Source: Candidatus Thorarchaeota archaeon (GTDB lineage: Archaea > Asgardarchaeota > Thorarchaeia > Thorarchaeales > Thorarchaeaceae). From it: a stretch of DNA of 64,000 nucleotides. The position numbers were made by a program, and so were the translations under genes. Location: positions 1 to 64,000 of the forward strand of contig JBHIAE010000004.1 in the NCBI GenBank assembly GCA_046758445.1, in the 5' to 3' direction. Shown in pieces: positions 27,324 to 37,665 of the stretch (position 1 is its first letter; every line of letters begins with the position of its first letter). The notes below the pieces were generated by a model. It was not told where the DNA came from, searched no databases, and saw only the letters and a program-made list of their open reading frames with translations.

Positions 27324-29711
27324 CTACCGATACTCTCCGTACTCCTTCAGAGTTTCAGCCATCTCTCGAAGGCGCTCGTTGACCATGTAACTAACGGTTC
27401 CCTCTTCAAAGGTTCCGTCGGGATTCCGTTGTCCAGCCTTGACACCTGTGAGAATCTCGATTCCTTCATCGATTGTTTCCACAGCAAAGATATGAAATTT
27501 GTCGGACTCGACTGCCTCAACGACCTCTTCCTTGAGCATCAGATTCTGAATATTGCTTCTCGGAATGATGACTCCTTGTTCGCCGGTTAGACCCTTTGCC
27601 TTACAGACCTCGAAGTATCCCTCAATCTTCTCATTGACTCCGCCAATTGGTTGGACATCACCGTTCTGGTTGACTGAACCCGTGACTGCATAGCACTGCT
27701 TGATTGGAAGTCCCGAAAGGACTGAGAGAATAGCGTACAGCTCAGTGCTAGAGGCACTGTCACCATCGACGCCAGAGTAGCTCTGTTCAAAGACTAGGCG
27801 CGCTGAGAGCCCTAGAGGCTTGTCATGGGCATAAGTCTTGGAGAGGTAGCCACCAAGTATCATGACTCCCTTAGTATGGATAGGTCCGCCCAGGTTCGAT
27901 TCTCTTGCAACATCAACGATTCCATGTCTTCCGACACCAACACTAGCCGTGACCCTTGAAGGACCACCGAATCTGATATCGCCAAATGTCATGACAGTAA
28001 GTCCATTGATCTGCCCAATCTTCTCACCTTCAGTGGCAATGAGAATAGTTCCTCGTTCGATCATCTCCTGAATCTTCTCTTGAATCAGGTTAGACCTGTA
28101 CACCTTCTCCTCGATGGCCTTCTTCACGTGACTACCTTTGACATATTCAGAGTCGTCATTCTCTGCATAGAATGTAGCCTCGCGCACAATGTCAGCCACC
28201 TCTGCGAATTTCGTAGACAACTTGTTCTGGTCGTCAGCAAGACGTGAGCTGTGCTCAACGACCTTTGAGATGGCATCGGCATCTAGGTGTTTCAAACCCT
28301 CTTTCCCACACACTGAGGCCATTGCTGATGCATACTTGAATATGTTCTCATCATTTCGTTCCATCGTCGTGTCGAAGTGAGCCTTGACCTTGAACAGTTC
28401 TTTGAAGTCCTCATCCCGAGTGTAGAGGAGTTCATAGATTGATGCACTGCCAATCAACACATCTTTGACCCTCAACTTGATTGGTTCTGGTTTCAGGCCC
28501 CTGGTTGATATGATGCCGGAGGACAGGGGTATGTCCTCAATGACAATTTCGCCGTTCTTCAGTGCTCTCTTGAGTCCTTCCCGTGCCATGGGGGTACGCA
28601 AGAGGTCCTCTGCAGGAATCATCAAATACCCACCATTTGCTCTGTGAAGGCTGCCCGGTTGAATCATGGTGAAGTCAGTCATGAGAACACCGAATCTGGC
28701 CTCTTTCTCTACTCTGCCAAAAAGGTTCAGATAGGTTGGATTCAGCTCTGAGATAACAGGTGCCCCGCTTAGACCCTGATTGTCAACTAGAATATTCACT
28801 TCATACTTCTTGAAGAACTGTTCCTTCGCCACAACACCCTCGCGAGAAGGAGGAGGAGCATCGGGAGCCTCCAGAAACTGCGAGATGTTCTCAAGGATGT
28901 CCTTCTCAACTGCATCGATGTGCTGTACAACCTCTTTGTTGTCTGAGAACTTCTCTTTCAGATCCGTCACAAAGTGGTCAATAGCGTAGAGTGCAGATTC
29001 TTGGTTCAAGCGATCCAACTCAGACTTGACCGTTTTGTCAATCTTCCGAAGTTCTCTCATTGCGTTTCGCAGGTCGATGTTCAGTTCATCTCGTTCCTTG
29101 GAGATCTCTTGGATTGCCTCCGGGCTCAGTGATCTCATGTCCTCATCACTGAGAGGTTGACCCTCTACCAAGGGAACAATCAATAGTCCACTCGGGGAGC
29201 TTTGGAGAACGAATCCCTTCTTCTGGGCGATCTTGTTAATCTGAGAGAAAAGCGTGTCTCGAGTTGTCTGTGCAGATCTTAGAACAGCCTCTCTTTTGGT
29301 GATGTATTCTTCACTCTCGAATACTTCTGGAAGGACCTTCCGGGCGTTCTCCAGTAATTCACTCATGTCCTTCTGAAACTCCCTGGCCATCCCTTGCGCA
29401 AGTTCGATTGCGTGAGGTTCAGATGAACTCTGGAAGTTGTGGACGTAGCACCAGTCTGAAGGTGCTGGTTCGTCTTTGGCCTTCTCTTCAAGGAATCCTG
29501 TCACGGTTGTCGTCTTGCCAGTACCCGGTTGTCCCGCAGCGAAAATGTTGAAACCATGTTCACCAATACCCAAGCCGAATGTCATTGCCTTCAGTGCTCT
29601 CTCTTGCCCAATCATCTCATCAAGAGGCGAGAGCTCGGCAGTCGTCTTGCATGGCAAGAGCTCAGGCCTCTGAGTTCTTCTCAAACTCTCAAGAGGAAGT
29701 TCTTCAGTCAT
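27324..29711 (-). CDS. Lon-like ATP-dependent protease (LonC/AAA_32 type)
   Basis: IGQERA, GQPGTGKT, GSLHRANGG, catalytic GVDGDSAS Ser and GGVNEKIEG Lys. Confidence 0.9.
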   Translation of the reverse strand: MTEELPLESLRRTQRPELLPCKTTAELSPLDEMIGQERALKAMTFGLGIGEHGFNIFAAGQPGTGKTTTVTGFLEEKAKDEPAPSDWCYVHNFQSSSEPHAIELAQGMAREFQKDMSELLENARKVLPEVFESEEYITKREAVLRSAQTTRDTLFSQINKIAQKKGFVLQSSPSGLLIVPLVEGQPLSDEDMRSLSPEAIQEISKERDELNIDLRNAMRELRKIDKTVKSELDRLNQESALYAIDHFVTDLKEKFSDNKEVVQHIDAVEKDILENISQFLEAPDAPPPSREGVVAKEQFFKKYEVNILVDNQGLSGAPVISELNPTYLNLFGRVEKEARFGVLMTDFTMIQPGSLHRANGGYLMIPAEDLLRTPMAREGLKRALKNGEIVIEDIPLSSGIISTRGLKPEPIKLRVKDVLIGSASIYELLYTRDEDFKELFKVKAHFDTTMERNDENIFKYASAMASVCGKEGLKHLDADAISKVVEHSSRLADDQNKLSTKFAEVADIVREATFYAENDDSEYVKGSHVKKAIEEKVYRSNLIQEKIQEMIERGTILIATEGEKIGQINGLTVMTFGDIRFGGPSRVTASVGVGRHGIVDVARESNLGGPIHTKGVMILGGYLSKTYAHDKPLGLSARLVFEQSYSGVDGDSASSTELYAILSVLSGLPIKQCYAVTGSVNQNGDVQPIGGVNEKIEGYFEVCKAKGLTGEQGVIIPRSNIQNLMLKEEVVEAVESDKFHIFAVETIDEGIEILTGVKAGQRNPDGTFEEGTVSYMVNERLREMAETLKEYGEYR

Positions 29712-29795
29712 ATAGAATCATCTTCGATGTAAAACCATCGTCAATACACCGTCTTCCGAAGAGTTTCTAACGTCAGCAACGTGATGCAGAATCTG

Positions 29796-30746
29796 TCACT
29801 CTCGTTTTTCTCGTTCTAGAATCCCGGTCAGACAGCCGATTCCTCCTGCTGCCTTTGCGAGCTCACTGGTTTCGACGGTCTTACACTTGATTCCTACATC
29901 CCCATAAAAGGACTGAGATGTAGGATTTCCGGCTGCCATGAGGATTCGACCGGGGCCTAGGGTCACAAAGTTCAGAGCCATTCCCTTTGCTGCCTCCTCT
30001 TCATCTGGGGCAAAGACTAGTGAGTAACCTCTTTCGCGTAATGCGTTCATCGCGGTGTAAGGAGTTCTACCGGATCTGCAAACAGCTAAGTCGCGACCCG
30101 GGAATCGCAGGCTGCCCATCAGGTGCATAGCTCCATGGGCCAGATCAACAGGAATGGCCTCCACATCCATCTCATGAAGAAGACCGGCTACCTGAGATGC
30201 ACCCTCTTTGTTGGTGCGGAGCCCTACGCCAATCAGTACTGTTTCCGGATCTATCCATGCTGCATCGGCTCCCTCGAATGTTCCAGTCCCCCTGACACTG
30301 AGCAGAATCGGAATCCCAAGCTCTGCCAGTCTTCGTGCCACAAATCTCTCTTCGCCGGCACGGACAGTTGAAGCTGGACGCGAAAGGATCACACCTTCAG
30401 GTGTCATGAATAGAAGATCGGCCATGAACATAAGATTGGAAGGAGGTGTTTCGGGCGGTTCTGCATAGAACACTGATACTCCAACATCCCTATAGGCATC
30501 TGCCAAGGCATCATGTTGTTCACGGACTATGTCGTAGTCGGGAACTTCCAACATCTGAACTCTGTTAGGTTCCGTGATGTCATCCATCTCTTGGCCTGGA
30601 CAATGTAATATGACTGACTTGAGCGGAGCCCACTCTGATTCGACTCCGCACTGACCCCAGACAACTCCGATTTCATCACGCAGAGATTCCTCCCGTGGTG
30701 ACCAGCCTGCACCCCCATAGGCCGAGGCCTTTGACCTTTCTGTCAT
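29796..30746 (-). CDS. Amidinotransferase / arginine-deiminase-like (pentein) enzyme
   Basis: SEWAPLKSV, RAGEE, FEGAD, RTN, MHL and C-terminal GGIGCLT catalytic Cys. Confidence 0.85.
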   Translation of the reverse strand: MTERSKASAYGGAGWSPREESLRDEIGVVWGQCGVESEWAPLKSVILHCPGQEMDDITEPNRVQMLEVPDYDIVREQHDALADAYRDVGVSVFYAEPPETPPSNLMFMADLLFMTPEGVILSRPASTVRAGEERFVARRLAELGIPILLSVRGTGTFEGADAAWIDPETVLIGVGLRTNKEGASQVAGLLHEMDVEAIPVDLAHGAMHLMGSLRFPGRDLAVCRSGRTPYTAMNALRERGYSLVFAPDEEEAAKGMALNFVTLGPGRILMAAGNPTSQSFYGDVGIKCKTVETSELAKAAGGIGCLTGILEREKRE

Positions 30747-31001
30747 TCTTGGACGAACCTTCCTTTACTATGATTGCCAATATCGGGAATACTGCCGACT
30801 TGTTGTTATCTCTTCTGCAAGACAGCTATTGCAGGTCTAATGAAAGGCCCTCGACTGGGGACTACTGATCGTAGGTACTCCATTCAGTGAAAAATGCCCC
30901 TCATGTAGAATCATCCGTTCCAGTCAATAGATGTTATGATCACAAGGCAATCCTTAAGATATGATTCCAGCTCGGCCGGCGCATCGGCGAGCTGAGTTTG
31001 A

Positions 31002-31283
31002 ATGGCCTATTGTGTGATGATACACGGACCATGCAGAGGGAGAATGTGTGATTTCTGGGCCAGAGTGAGAATCAGGAAATTGGATGAGAATAGACTAATC
31101 CTTGATCTTAGGGAGGGCATATCCAGCTGCAAGGAAGGTAGAGTGGAAGACCTTGAGTCTGCCTTTGCTCAACATTGGATTGATCTTGGGGTGAGGGATA
31201 TCAGAAGACTGTGTGAAGAGGAACCGGACCTTTGCTCCAAGATCAGGCACGTTGAAGAACGGGTTCGCCATATGGTCCTCTGA
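31002..31283 (+). CDS. Small Cys-rich hypothetical protein
   Basis: ATG start, YC.....PC...MCDFW and LCEEEPDLC; fills the intergenic gap. Confidence 0.55.
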   Translation: MAYCVMIHGPCRGRMCDFWARVRIRKLDENRLILDLREGISSCKEGRVEDLESAFAQHWIDLGVRDIRRLCEEEPDLCSKIRHVEERVRHMVL

Positions 31284-31327
31284 GTGAAGACTTGGAACAT
31301 GTTGTATAGTCCAGCGTCAATCACATC

Positions 31328-31380
31328 AAAAAGAAAAGGATACCAGAGGGGCAGCAGGGAAATCCCACTGCCCGCCTGGT
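31328..31380 (-). terminator. Terminator of the extracellular nuclease gene
   Basis: Imperfect GC hairpin (ACCAG...GGGCAG...CTGCCC...CTGGT) with an A-rich run on + (T-rich on -), just downstream of the stop at 31403. Confidence 0.5.
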
Positions 31381-31402
31381 CCTCGACTCTATTGTCCAAA
31401 TT

Positions 31403-33142
31403 CTAGGGTAGCCAGAATGAGGCCATAAGCACCTCGTGGTCCGAGCTCCGCACTCCAGTAGTTGAATCTCCACTCCAGAGAGACTCCGGGAAGTCCACAT
31501 TGAAGTGAACAATCCTTGACCTCAGGAACGACCCCCTTAGTGAGGGTGTGATCAGTATGTGATCAAGGACCTCGGAAACTCCACGGTAGATGTAGGTGTA
31601 CCGACTATACTTGGGAACGCGGAGGACTAGGTTCTTCAGTCCACCAGTCTTCAACACCTTCAATGGAGCCTCATTGGTGAACGAGTTGAGATCGCCAATC
31701 ACTATGACCTTTGCGCGTCGGTGACTATCCTGAATCTCATCGACCAGTGCTCCTACCCACTCAGCCTGCTGAATACGGCGGGGTTCTGTGTCAGCATACG
31801 TGGGACCGTATACCGACTTCGACTTGAAGTGGTTGATGATTAGCCATAGGTCTGTGCCAGATCTATGCCTGTGCCATCTGTTCCACCAACTGCACTTGGC
31901 CTTGGTCCTGAGATGAACCACCAGAGGTGGTCGTGAAAAGAGCGGATTATAGCCCTCAGGACATGGGAAGTTGGGGTCCGTTCCAGGCCCGTAGCCATCA
32001 TCCAAGTCCGTGCACGTCTGCCGCGCCTCAGCACTCACAACCTCCACACGATCCAGCTTATAGAGTAGAGCAACGTCAACGGCCCGGTAGTACGGCCCTT
32101 CAATGAGTACTACTCCGTATACTCCGTCGATTGGCGGAGTGTTCGCTAGTCTCTCGAGGATCTCGATGTTCTCCACCTCTTGTACTGCGATTAGATCAGG
32201 CATTCTAAGAAGGTCGTGGATAGCTAGAGCATGCTTTGTGAGCTGCAGCTCGACCTCCCAAAGGGGTGGAGGCGGATCATGCTTGTCCGGGTCATCGAAC
32301 TCGTCGAAGAGGTTGTACATGTTATAGGTGGCAACAGTGAGGCCAAACCTCAATCCGAGCGGCCACACCCAATCAGATTCGGCCCACCATTCGGGTATGA
32401 CCTCTGGTGGTGCATCTGGGCTGGGCAGCACCTTGTATTCATCGTAGGTGTAGTCAAGGGGGCCAACGAGATCCTTGATGTAGTTGCCCGTCCTTGCAAC
32501 GACTTCGTATCCTCCCGCATCGTCTGTGAAGATTATGTTACCTGTGCCCACAGGGTCATCCTGAAAGACTCGTTTCATGTGTGAGTCTGCGACAACGCCG
32601 GCAGCCTCGCCATATTGGTTAGTGCCAGCAATCGCCCTCATGCATGCAACTGTAACGAGCATTCCCTCCAGTGCTTCATAGTAGACGTCAGATGCATAGT
32701 CGTCGCGTGGCGGGTCGAGCTCAACCGGGTCAGGAAGTGGATTGTCCCAAGACAGTACCGTAACTGAGGGTCCAGACAGTTCAGTCAGGCCATAGTATTC
32801 CACGACCTTACCTGATAGCCAGACCTCATCGCCTACACTCACGTCACTCCAGAAATTCCACACAAAGATACCATCTGAGGTGTCAGGATTGTCATCACCC
32901 GCTACATCTTGCACAAAGAAGCCACTCTTCTCGTAGTAGCCTTGGTATACTGCCGTCACAACACCCCAAGTGTCAACATACTGGTTCTTGAACGGACTGA
33001 CAAAACCATCGCCTTGGATTTCAGGAATGGAATGGTCTGGATTGTCATAGGCTTGAACCATTCCTGGGACAAAGCCTAACGTCATCACAAAAATACTCAG
33101 AAAGCAGACTGTGAGTAGTCTGTGTTTCTTTGTCAGTGTCAT
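31403..33142 (-). CDS. Secreted ExeM/NucH-like nuclease (OB-fold + endonuclease/exonuclease/phosphatase domain)
   Basis: Signal peptide; SIPEIQG...GFFVQD...TSDGIFV; ATYNMYN, AVQEVEN, NHFKSK, GDLNS, LDHIL and SSDH. Confidence 0.88.
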   Translation of the reverse strand: MTLTKKHRLLTVCFLSIFVMTLGFVPGMVQAYDNPDHSIPEIQGDGFVSPFKNQYVDTWGVVTAVYQGYYEKSGFFVQDVAGDDNPDTSDGIFVWNFWSDVSVGDEVWLSGKVVEYYGLTELSGPSVTVLSWDNPLPDPVELDPPRDDYASDVYYEALEGMLVTVACMRAIAGTNQYGEAAGVVADSHMKRVFQDDPVGTGNIIFTDDAGGYEVVARTGNYIKDLVGPLDYTYDEYKVLPSPDAPPEVIPEWWAESDWVWPLGLRFGLTVATYNMYNLFDEFDDPDKHDPPPPLWEVELQLTKHALAIHDLLRMPDLIAVQEVENIEILERLANTPPIDGVYGVVLIEGPYYRAVDVALLYKLDRVEVVSAEARQTCTDLDDGYGPGTDPNFPCPEGYNPLFSRPPLVVHLRTKAKCSWWNRWHRHRSGTDLWLIINHFKSKSVYGPTYADTEPRRIQQAEWVGALVDEIQDSHRRAKVIVIGDLNSFTNEAPLKVLKTGGLKNLVLRVPKYSRYTYIYRGVSEVLDHILITPSLRGSFLRSRIVHFNVDFPESLWSGDSTTGVRSSDHEVLMASFWLP

Positions 33143-33331
33143 CTTCTTCTCTCTCTCTCCCTTTACGAAATGTCATGACATCCCTCTAGGTTGAATCGTC
33201 AGACATCGGATTGCTGTAGATGTTCACGTGGTATATGTCTGTTATGCCTCAATCTCTCTAAACTTCGGAGACTGGGACTGAATACGGTGAAACCTGGTAG
33301 ATTTTTGGACGCTGCTAGTAATGCTTGAACC

Positions 33332-34999
33332 TTACACCTGGCTAAGAGCCTCAGGGACAGCAATCATGTTACCACGATTTAGAAGCCACTTGGAATCCAA
33401 AGAGAGCTTCACTGCCTGCATTTCTTGAATTCCTCTCTTACCATACATGACCTCGAGGAATGCACGCTTGAGCTTGCCTATCCCGTGCTCGGCTGCGACT
33501 GTCCCGCCAATCTCTACAGCCCTCTTTGCAAAGAGCATGTAGTTGTCCATGCCTTGATGGACCTCCTCGTTGTTCCGAGGAAGCATGTTCACGTGAAGGT
33601 GATTGTCACCAATATGGCCGAAGATGACATATTCCATCCCTTGAGCTTCAAGGGTTTCTCGGTAGAATCTGAGATAGTCACGTAGAGCCTCATCCGGAAC
33701 AGCCATGTCTGTACCAATCTTATGGACCTCGTGGTACTCCGCCTTCCTCTGAGCAATCAGAGCATTCACAGTTTCAGGAACGAAGTGGCGAACTGTCTTC
33801 ATCTTCTTGAGTTCCGACCTGTCCATGCCTGCCCAGCTTGACTCGGAGGAGGTGTTGTTCTTGTTGAGAGCCTCCTCAAGACCCATGACCATCGACTCCA
33901 TGGTTTCATCCGTGTACGAGAACTCGAAGAAGACTATGGCCTTGGTTTCTGGCGACATTGCTGGAACCTTGATTCCTGAAGCGGCTGCCTTCTCCTTTAT
34001 CATCTCTATTGCATTCGGACCGAAATACTCTATGAAATTCATAGGAACAGGCGAGTCGGGAGCTCTGACGTCATATACGAAATTAACAGCATCCTCTTCG
34101 CCGGGAAAGAATGCCATTACGGTCATAATGTTATCTGGCATCTTGATGAGACCAAGTTCAACCTCTGTTATGGCTCCAAGGATTCCCTCACACCCAATGA
34201 AGAGATCAATAAGGTCCATGTCTGGCTTTGCGAAGAGTCCGGCTGCATTCTTAGTATTTGGCATCTTGTAGCTAGGGATTGGAACCTCAATCATACTCCC
34301 GTCGCTAAGTGTTATCTCGAACTTCCCGTCTTGCGCGAACACCTTCCCCCGTTCGATCTCAAGGATGTCTCCGTTCATCAGTACCACTTGAACTCTACAG
34401 ACCCAATCGCGCACAGATCCATGCCTGAAGGTCCTGGCGCCAGAGGCATTACATGCCACAATTCCACCGAGCCAAGCACTCATTTCGGTGGGGTCAATTG
34501 GAAATGTGAAACCGTCCGATTCTGCAAGAAACTTCTCAAGAGCCTTCTTTTGGTCTGGCGTTCCTTTGCCTTCTAAAGCATCAAGACTCTTCGATGTCAC
34601 TGCGCTGACCATGTCTTCTAGCAGCATTCCTGCCTGCGCGCATATAGAGTAGAGTCCATCTTTAGTACTGAAGTCCATATAGAGCAAGTCAGTCATCTTC
34701 TCCAGGTTTAAAGTCATGCCGCCGAGTGGGACCGCCGCTCCGGTGAGACCAGTTCTCCCACCTTGAATTGTGACTGGTGTTCCGGCTTCATTAGCTTCCT
34801 TCAGGATTGCCGCTACCTGTTCCGTTGAGTCAGGGAATGCTATCTTGTCTGTCTGGCCTTCGAAGGAGTGACTCTCATCGTCGAGGTAGAGAGCATAAGT
34901 GTCTGTGATCTCGGTTTGGTCTGTTGCCACCTTCATTTCAGAGAGGTCTGCGTCGGCAGGTGCCAACGCTTTGATTTGATTCGTCATGATGGGTTTCAC
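33332..34999 (-). CDS. FAD-linked oxidase (GlcD / D-2-hydroxyacid dehydrogenase family)
   Basis: GGRTGLTGAAVP, GGIVACNASG, LFIGCEGILG, GHIGDNHLH and AEHGIGKLK. Confidence 0.88.
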   Translation of the reverse strand: MKPIMTNQIKALAPADADLSEMKVATDQTEITDTYALYLDDESHSFEGQTDKIAFPDSTEQVAAILKEANEAGTPVTIQGGRTGLTGAAVPLGGMTLNLEKMTDLLYMDFSTKDGLYSICAQAGMLLEDMVSAVTSKSLDALEGKGTPDQKKALEKFLAESDGFTFPIDPTEMSAWLGGIVACNASGARTFRHGSVRDWVCRVQVVLMNGDILEIERGKVFAQDGKFEITLSDGSMIEVPIPSYKMPNTKNAAGLFAKPDMDLIDLFIGCEGILGAITEVELGLIKMPDNIMTVMAFFPGEEDAVNFVYDVRAPDSPVPMNFIEYFGPNAIEMIKEKAAASGIKVPAMSPETKAIVFFEFSYTDETMESMVMGLEEALNKNNTSSESSWAGMDRSELKKMKTVRHFVPETVNALIAQRKAEYHEVHKIGTDMAVPDEALRDYLRFYRETLEAQGMEYVIFGHIGDNHLHVNMLPRNNEEVHQGMDNYMLFAKRAVEIGGTVAAEHGIGKLKRAFLEVMYGKRGIQEMQAVKLSLDSKWLLNRGNMIAVPEALSQV

Positions 35000-35153
35000 T
35001 CTCAGCTTGATGGTCTAGGGCCTGTAGTGTCCTCAATATCAAGCATTTGGTATGTTTGGAGCCATGTGATTGTGCAGACGTTTTTTATGACCTGGCTGCA
35101 TTGTCAATTCCTCTCTCATCTGCAGATTACTGCTTGCTAGGTGGTGATGAGGA

Positions 35154-36059
35154 ATGAGGATTGCGGCTCTTTCCGATCTTCACGTTCATCCAGACCAGGG
35201 TGATGAGTTCCTTCTTCAGGAGATTCATCATCGTGTTCAAGAGATTTCTCCAGATGTCCTTGTCATCGCGGGAGACGTGAGCAGCAAGTTGGACATTCTC
35301 TCTGATGCCCTATCTAAGCTCCACATTCCAAATGCAGCTAACCTGTTTGTTTCTGGCAACCACGACATCTGGTTCGAAGAGAAGATTGGACTAGGGTCAC
35401 TGGAGAAGTATTCTAGGTACATAGGGGACGTTTGCAGAGAGAATGGGTTCTTTCATCTTCCAGATGCCCCCCACATCGAGGAGGATGTCGCCTTCATCGG
35501 TTCTTTGGGATGGTATGACTACTCGTTCAGACGCACAGACATGGACATCCCAGAACATGCATACGAGCAGAAGGAGTATGGAGGGAGTGTGTGGTACGAT
35601 GTGCTCTGCGTCGACTGGGAGTTTACGGACAAGGAGGCCACTGATCTTTTCAACCAGAAGCTCGAGTATGACCTTTCTGTACTTCCAGACAGTGTTTCCA
35701 GAGTAGTCTACGTTTCACATCATCTTCCATTCCGTGACCTCACTCTATACAAGAATCGACTTCCTTGGGACTTCTTCTCCGCGTTCATGGGTGCGGCAAG
35801 CACTGGCGATATCTTGTTGAACGACGGGAGAGTTGTCCTAACCATATCAGGTCATAGCCACGTGAGAATGAACAAGACGTTCGATGGCATAACCTCGATT
35901 ACAGTACCACTTGGTTACGGGCGTCCAGCTGACGACGAGATTCCGGAGCTTGCTCAAGCCACAGTCGCCAACATCGAGCTCGTCGACAACACGGTTCAAG
36001 TTCATGATTTTGTCGAGGGAGATATCTGCGAGGGAATGCCATATAGAAATGCCAGATAG
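35154..36059 (+). CDS. Calcineurin-like metallophosphoesterase
   Basis: SDLH, AGD, GNHD, HH and SGHSH motifs. Confidence 0.85.
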   Translation: MRIAALSDLHVHPDQGDEFLLQEIHHRVQEISPDVLVIAGDVSSKLDILSDALSKLHIPNAANLFVSGNHDIWFEEKIGLGSLEKYSRYIGDVCRENGFFHLPDAPHIEEDVAFIGSLGWYDYSFRRTDMDIPEHAYEQKEYGGSVWYDVLCVDWEFTDKEATDLFNQKLEYDLSVLPDSVSRVVYVSHHLPFRDLTLYKNRLPWDFFSAFMGAASTGDILLNDGRVVLTISGHSHVRMNKTFDGITSITVPLGYGRPADDEIPELAQATVANIELVDNTVQVHDFVEGDICEGMPYRNAR

Positions 36060-36143
36060 GCTCTCTGATACGACACATTAATGAGCAGGACCCAGACACA
36101 CCCTACTCAGTTGCCCTCCTGAAGTCATTCAGTAGGTAGAAGC

Positions 36144-37553
36144 ATGAATGGTGTGAGCACAACAATGAAGATGCCGGGATGGGAAGTCATCGGCGCACTC
36201 CTTGTCGCGGTGATGACCATCTGTGCACTCGTTTTGACTGCGGTCTTCAGCGAACTCAAAATCCCTGTCCTCATTGTGTTCGTAGGAACATACGTTCTAA
36301 TCAGTACTGAGAAGGTGAACAGGACCGCCATGTCACTCTTGGGCTTGGCCATTGTTGGCGTGGTTCTATGGGTTGGCCTTGAGATGGGGCTCGGGGGAGG
36401 CGAGGATTTTGAACACCTGATTGTGGGTATCGATTGGACAACCATCATCTTTGTCATCGCCATGAGCGTCATCGTGTCGGTTTCTGCGGCCTCTGGCCTG
36501 TTCCAGTACATTGCACTCAGGATTGCTGCACCCAGTGCGGGGGACCACAAGGCTCTGTTCACAACCTTCTTGGTTATTGTGGCCAGCATTAGTCTCTTCT
36601 TTGATACAGTTTCAACGATGCTAATAGCGGCTCCGTTCACAATCGAAATATGCAAGGCCCTCGAGATTGACTTCAAGCCCTTTCTGGTGTCTGAGGCAAT
36701 AGTGTGCAACTTCTCCTCGATACCCTCAATCGTTGGCGCAGTGCCAAATCTCGTCATCGCAGGTGTGACTGACCTCGATGTCGGATTCCTGTTTGTTGCA
36801 TTCATGCCGTTATCCATCATTCTGTTCTTGGTCAGCCTTCCGATACTGCACCGTTGGTACGGAAGCAAATTCGGCACATCAGACGAGCATCGGGTAGATG
36901 CGATTTTCTCAATCGACCCTGAAACAATGATAAAGGACCGCTGGGACTTCAAAGTATCAATAGTTGCCATTGTGTTTCTTGTAATTGGCTTTGCACTTGG
37001 CCCGACCTTTGGACTCGTGCCCCCGATGACTGCGTTGATCGTTGCTTCCATCATGCTCCTGATAGCGCATGAGAGAGCAAATGAGTTCTTGAACCGGATA
37101 GGATGGCCAACTGTCTTCTTCCTAGTGGGCCTCTTTGGTCTAGTTGTAGCCTTGGAAGTCACTGGCCTGATTAATGATCTAGCGCTTCTCGTGGGCGAGA
37201 TCATAGGCGACAATTCGGCCTTTGCAACAGTCTTCCTTGTCTGGATACCTGCTATCCTCTCGGCCTTCTTGGACAACCTGCCAGTATCAGCCGTGCTAGC
37301 ACCGATTGCTCAGCAGTACGCCGCTGTCAGCCCTGTACTTCCACTGGCGTTGGTGTTCGCAGTGAACATTGGCGGCTATATCTTCACACCTTTGGGGTCT
37401 CCAGCCAATATGGTTGTAATAGGACTGTCTGAGATTGAACATGATCCGATACCATTCATAGATTTCATCAAGATTGGCACATTACTGGGCATGATTCATC
37501 TCATCATTGGTAGCGGATATCTCCTGTTAATACTGGCTCTGCTAGGGGGCTGA
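36144..37553 (+). CDS. ArsB/NhaD (IT superfamily, P-protein-like) transporter, copy 1
   Basis: IDWTTIIF, ASGLFQY, SAFLDNLP and GSPANMV motifs; many TM helices. Confidence 0.85.
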   Translation: MNGVSTTMKMPGWEVIGALLVAVMTICALVLTAVFSELKIPVLIVFVGTYVLISTEKVNRTAMSLLGLAIVGVVLWVGLEMGLGGGEDFEHLIVGIDWTTIIFVIAMSVIVSVSAASGLFQYIALRIAAPSAGDHKALFTTFLVIVASISLFFDTVSTMLIAAPFTIEICKALEIDFKPFLVSEAIVCNFSSIPSIVGAVPNLVIAGVTDLDVGFLFVAFMPLSIILFLVSLPILHRWYGSKFGTSDEHRVDAIFSIDPETMIKDRWDFKVSIVAIVFLVIGFALGPTFGLVPPMTALIVASIMLLIAHERANEFLNRIGWPTVFFLVGLFGLVVALEVTGLINDLALLVGEIIGDNSAFATVFLVWIPAILSAFLDNLPVSAVLAPIAQQYAAVSPVLPLALVFAVNIGGYIFTPLGSPANMVVIGLSEIEHDPIPFIDFIKIGTLLGMIHLIIGSGYLLLILALLGG

Positions 37554-37665
37554 GTTTTACAAGAACGCTTGGAACACGTCTGATGAGTTGAAGTCAGGGG
37601 CATCTTAATTGGCCCATTATAGAGCGTCCCAAGCAGACGAGTTATCAAGACGGAGAAATGCACTA

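Noticed and set aside
36125-37276. 383-aa minus-strand ORF
   Set aside because: Antisense shadow of the hydrophobic transporter gene.
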